Assembly (NCBI GenBank): GCA_001643675.2
Contig: LSRY02000059.1
Span: 124,001 to 188,000, forward strand
DNA: 64,000 nucleotides
Origin: Monocercomonoides exilis PA203
Lineage: Eukaryota > Protista > Preaxostyla
Direction of reading: 5' to 3'
Below are positions 61,001-64,000 of the stretch, one piece after another. A model generated the notes under the pieces. That model ran no database searches. It was given only the letters and a program-made list of their open reading frames with translations, and was not told the origin of the DNA. Each line of letters begins with the position of its first letter. Within the stretch, counting starts at the first letter, position 1. The translations under genes were made by a program, and so were the position numbers.

Positions 61001-64000
61001 GGAGTCGAAGAAGAAGCTGTTGCCGTATTTCCTGCCGCTCATTGTGATCTCGATGATTGTGATGATTGCCAGCCTGATTGCATCGTTTGTGCTGGCAATC
61101 GTGAACTTCTCCACATCCACCACGAGCGTCAACGCCATCACCGGAAGCACAGGAATCATCCGTTCTTTCTGCGAAGTGCTGATGAATGCAAAGTATCTTT
61201 CGCTGAGGCGGATGAACGAGTCGGCCACACCGCCAAACCTGGACATGACGAACATCACCTACGTGCAGTCGTATGCTGAACTGTGCACTACGCTTTTGGA
61301 TGTGATGAAGTCGATTTCGACGTCGTTGTGTGATGTGTACGGGCTGACAGACAAAGAGGAGCATTTTGAGCAGTGGGAACAGGATGACATCCCGCAGCTG
61401 TGGCTGGAGGTGCTGCGGAATCCAGTCACATACGTCGATGAAGTGCAGACAATCACACAGTCACACACCAATCTGATCGATCTCGTGACGTCTTCAGCGA
61501 ACATTGCGTATGACTTGGTGGAGTCGTGGGACATGGACGATCCCTCAGTCAACAGCTGGCTCTACTACATGCGAGCCAATGCGCCTGTCACAGGCACAGA
61601 AGCCATCAAGAAGATCGCCATCAACTACTCCATCTCTTCCAAGGAGAATGCTGTGCTGATTGGAGTCATCATCCTCATCATCGGCAGTGTGACACTGATT
61701 GTCCCGCTGATTGCAGTGACTGTGCAGTACTTGATCACATTCCGCATGCTGAAGAAAGGCAGAAACGAGATATTCCTTCAGATCTGCATGTCGCCAAAGG
61801 ACGAGATTCTGCAGCTGAAGAGGCGGCTGGACGAGTCTGAGCACGACGACGACGAAGACACCACACTCAGAGTGGACTCAGTCACAGCCACGACAACCGC
61901 ACACGATGCAGAAGTGACTGAGCGCAGCATCTCTTCTGAGGCAGGGAACGCGAACGGGGCAGAGAACAACACGGAAGAAGAAATCAGCCACTATGTGGAG
62001 ATTGGCGTGAGGGAGCATGCGAAGACTCCGCGTGTGTCGAACATGAACGGTTTCTTTGGTGCCAACCACCGCGACTCGATGGTGATGGGTGGGTCGATGG
62101 TGTCTGTGGTTGGGCAGCCGAGTGAGATGGCCTCTGTGCGCACAATGGACTCCTTCGTGTACAATCCCACCGCTGGCGCCATGAACAGCTTCGGAGAGAC
62201 ACCCCGCCTCGCATTCAGCGACTCACTCGCACTGACACAGATGGCAAATGCATACAGCAGCAGTCAGCTGGACCTCGCTAACGGAGGAATGGGGATGGGC
62301 AGCGGAATAGGAAATGCCGGAACGAGCAACGGAGGAGGCCTCTCGCAGATAACAACAAGTGCATCGATGCCGTTTCTGGGTGTGTCATCTACTCCAAGGA
62401 GCATAGCTGGGCTGGGAATGGGAGGAGGGATGGGCATCCAGCAGCAGTACACATCCACTCCTCGTTCACAAGTGCTGTTTGGAGACATCGGGCTGAGTGG
62501 AATGCCCATCGGCAGCACGCCACGTAGTGTGTCTGGGCTGAGTGCGATGGGCAGGCTGAACGGAATGAGCAGCCAGAGCCAGCTGGGCATGGGGCAGAGA
62601 GGGAGAGTAGGCATCAGCTCGACACAGTCCCTCTTCCAAGACATCACTCCACCAATGACAAACACAATGCAGCTATCGGCACCGATGGACCAGCGGCCGT
62701 TCAGCCAGTCTCTCACTGAGCACTGCCAAGGATACATCCAGCCGCAGATGTCGCAGCCGATGTCGATGCAGGATGCAGCTGTGACAGAGCCATTGAATTT
62801 TGGGATGGGGCAGGAGTACGACACACTCAACAACGCCAACTCGCACAAGGAGTCTGTCAACGAGAGCCTGACAGAGCATTCAAAGTCGATCAGGCAGAGG
62901 CAGCTGGAGGAAGAGCTGCAGAGAGAAAAAGACAAAGAGAACGAAGAGAGAGAAGAGGAGAAAGCAGAACTTGAAGAGAAGATTAGAAAGCTGTCGCTGC
63001 TTCCGTTATCATTCTACGCAAAGGCGATTTTGGGTATTTTAGTCATTGTTGGGTTTGATCTTGGCTTCTACATTGTGACATTCACGTGCCTGCAGTCAAT
63101 CACTCGATACAACAACTCCCAGTTCCTGTCTGGCTATCGCTCTGTGCTGATGAACATCATCGTGATGCTCAGCCTCAACTTGGCTGACAACACAATCGCC
63201 CCTCTGCCGCAGAACAACTTCACCGTCCCCTTTTCGACGAATCCTGTTTGGAACGACCTGACGCATCTGTCGCACAACCACACTGAGATCCAGATGCTGG
63301 TGCAGCGTCTGTACCAGTTCGTGTCCATCCTCAACACGAAGATTCTGATGGGCTCGAAAGCCAACGACCCGGCTGTGCAGACTGGAGACACCCTCATCGA
63401 CCCCCTCGACACTCCGAAGCTGCTCACGGAAGGGTCAGCGGTGGTGTCTCTGATGTACACAGAAGTCGACTGCCTGATGATGAAGCGCGAGACATGCACG
63501 CCAGGCAGACTGTACGGCATCACAGGCAACTTCACTGGACTCGATGCGCTGATGACAAAGTTCGACTTGGCTGTCATCTTTCTGATGAACACCACAAACG
63601 ACCCAGCGCTGATGGACTTCCGCACAGATGAGATTCAAGTGGTCAACTCGCTCATCCAGAATGATCTGCTGGGCGGACTGGCAAAGTTCAGAACAGCCAT
63701 CAAAACGCTGCAGAGTCAAAACATCGACCGGAGTGAGACGATGCTGTACACCTTCTTTGCACTGGCCATTGTGTTTATGATGATCGGGTTCCTCTGCTGT
63801 CTCATTCCAACTAAACAGGATCTGTTTTCAGTGGCAAATTGCACGATGAAGATGGCAGACCTCGACCCAGCAGCTGATGTGGCTGAGCGGACAGGGATGG
63901 GCACAGCCAGTTGGAGAGAGTCGTACACGAGTGACTGCATCCGGATGGACAACGAGCACAAAGAGATTCTGCTGTGGTTGGCGATGGCAGCAGCATCGAT
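58046..64000 (+). CDS. TmcB/TmcC-like polytopic membrane protein (>1950 aa) with the start of a hemerythrin-like domain; 3' partial; intron 58190-58289
   Basis: Absent from the ORF track because no stop is reached; the frame from 58290 appears open to the window end. It has about 8-9 N-terminal TM helices, a TPR-like segment (FSAMLKKYPSSAQLLRAFGALLRDIYRDDETA) typical of TmcB/C, further TM pairs near 61020, 61660, 63000 and 63740, and ends WRESYTSDCIRMDNEHKEIL. Confidence 0.8.

Noticed and set aside
1-64000. Alternative genetic code (TAA/TAG = Gln, as in some oxymonads)
   Set aside because: Conserved proteins end at TAA at the expected position (PIN4 VEGRK*, PDI, SPX transporter), and long ORFs contain no in-frame TAA/TAG.
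58900-64000. Series of minus-strand ORFs in the track
   Set aside because: Antisense shadows of the long + strand frame that runs off the window.
1-64000. CRISPR array or rRNA genes
   Set aside because: No regularly spaced direct repeats and no rRNA-like conserved sequence seen; the context is eukaryotic.

Overview
Eukaryotic protist genomic DNA: AT-rich intergenic regions, short GT-AG introns, standard genetic code. Gene style and content most resemble an oxymonad such as Monocercomonoides, which is an inference and not verified. The window is dominated by two intronless ~4,050-aa paralogues in inverted, convergent orientation (11189-23329 + and 43400-55525 -), inside a ~13-kb inverted duplication enclosing an ~18-kb block. 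Each encodes a signal peptide, an AT-rich beta-helix 'head', eight Cys-rich repeat modules, one TM helix and a catalytically dead TKL-like kinase C-lobe. The copies are nearly identical over the GC-rich core but differ in clustered, stacked positions of the head and have different TM helices, suggesting a diversifying surface-receptor system. Other genes rebuilt by hand across introns are PIN4 (parvulin, 6 exons), TTC12, an EDRF1 homologue, an SPX-SLC13 (Pho87/90/91-like) phosphate transporter, a Nop6-like RRM protein, an ERp38-type PDI, a small secreted protein, a possible ubiquitin-like protein and a TmcB/TmcC-like polytopic membrane protein running into a hemerythrin-like domain at the window edge. 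There is also an atypical tRNA-Phe. Mobile DNA comprises a dead Merlin/ISXO2 transposon, a Tc1-like foldback MITE, a hAT-like element with an 8-bp TSD nested in the TIR of another MITE, and a three-copy dispersed repeat.
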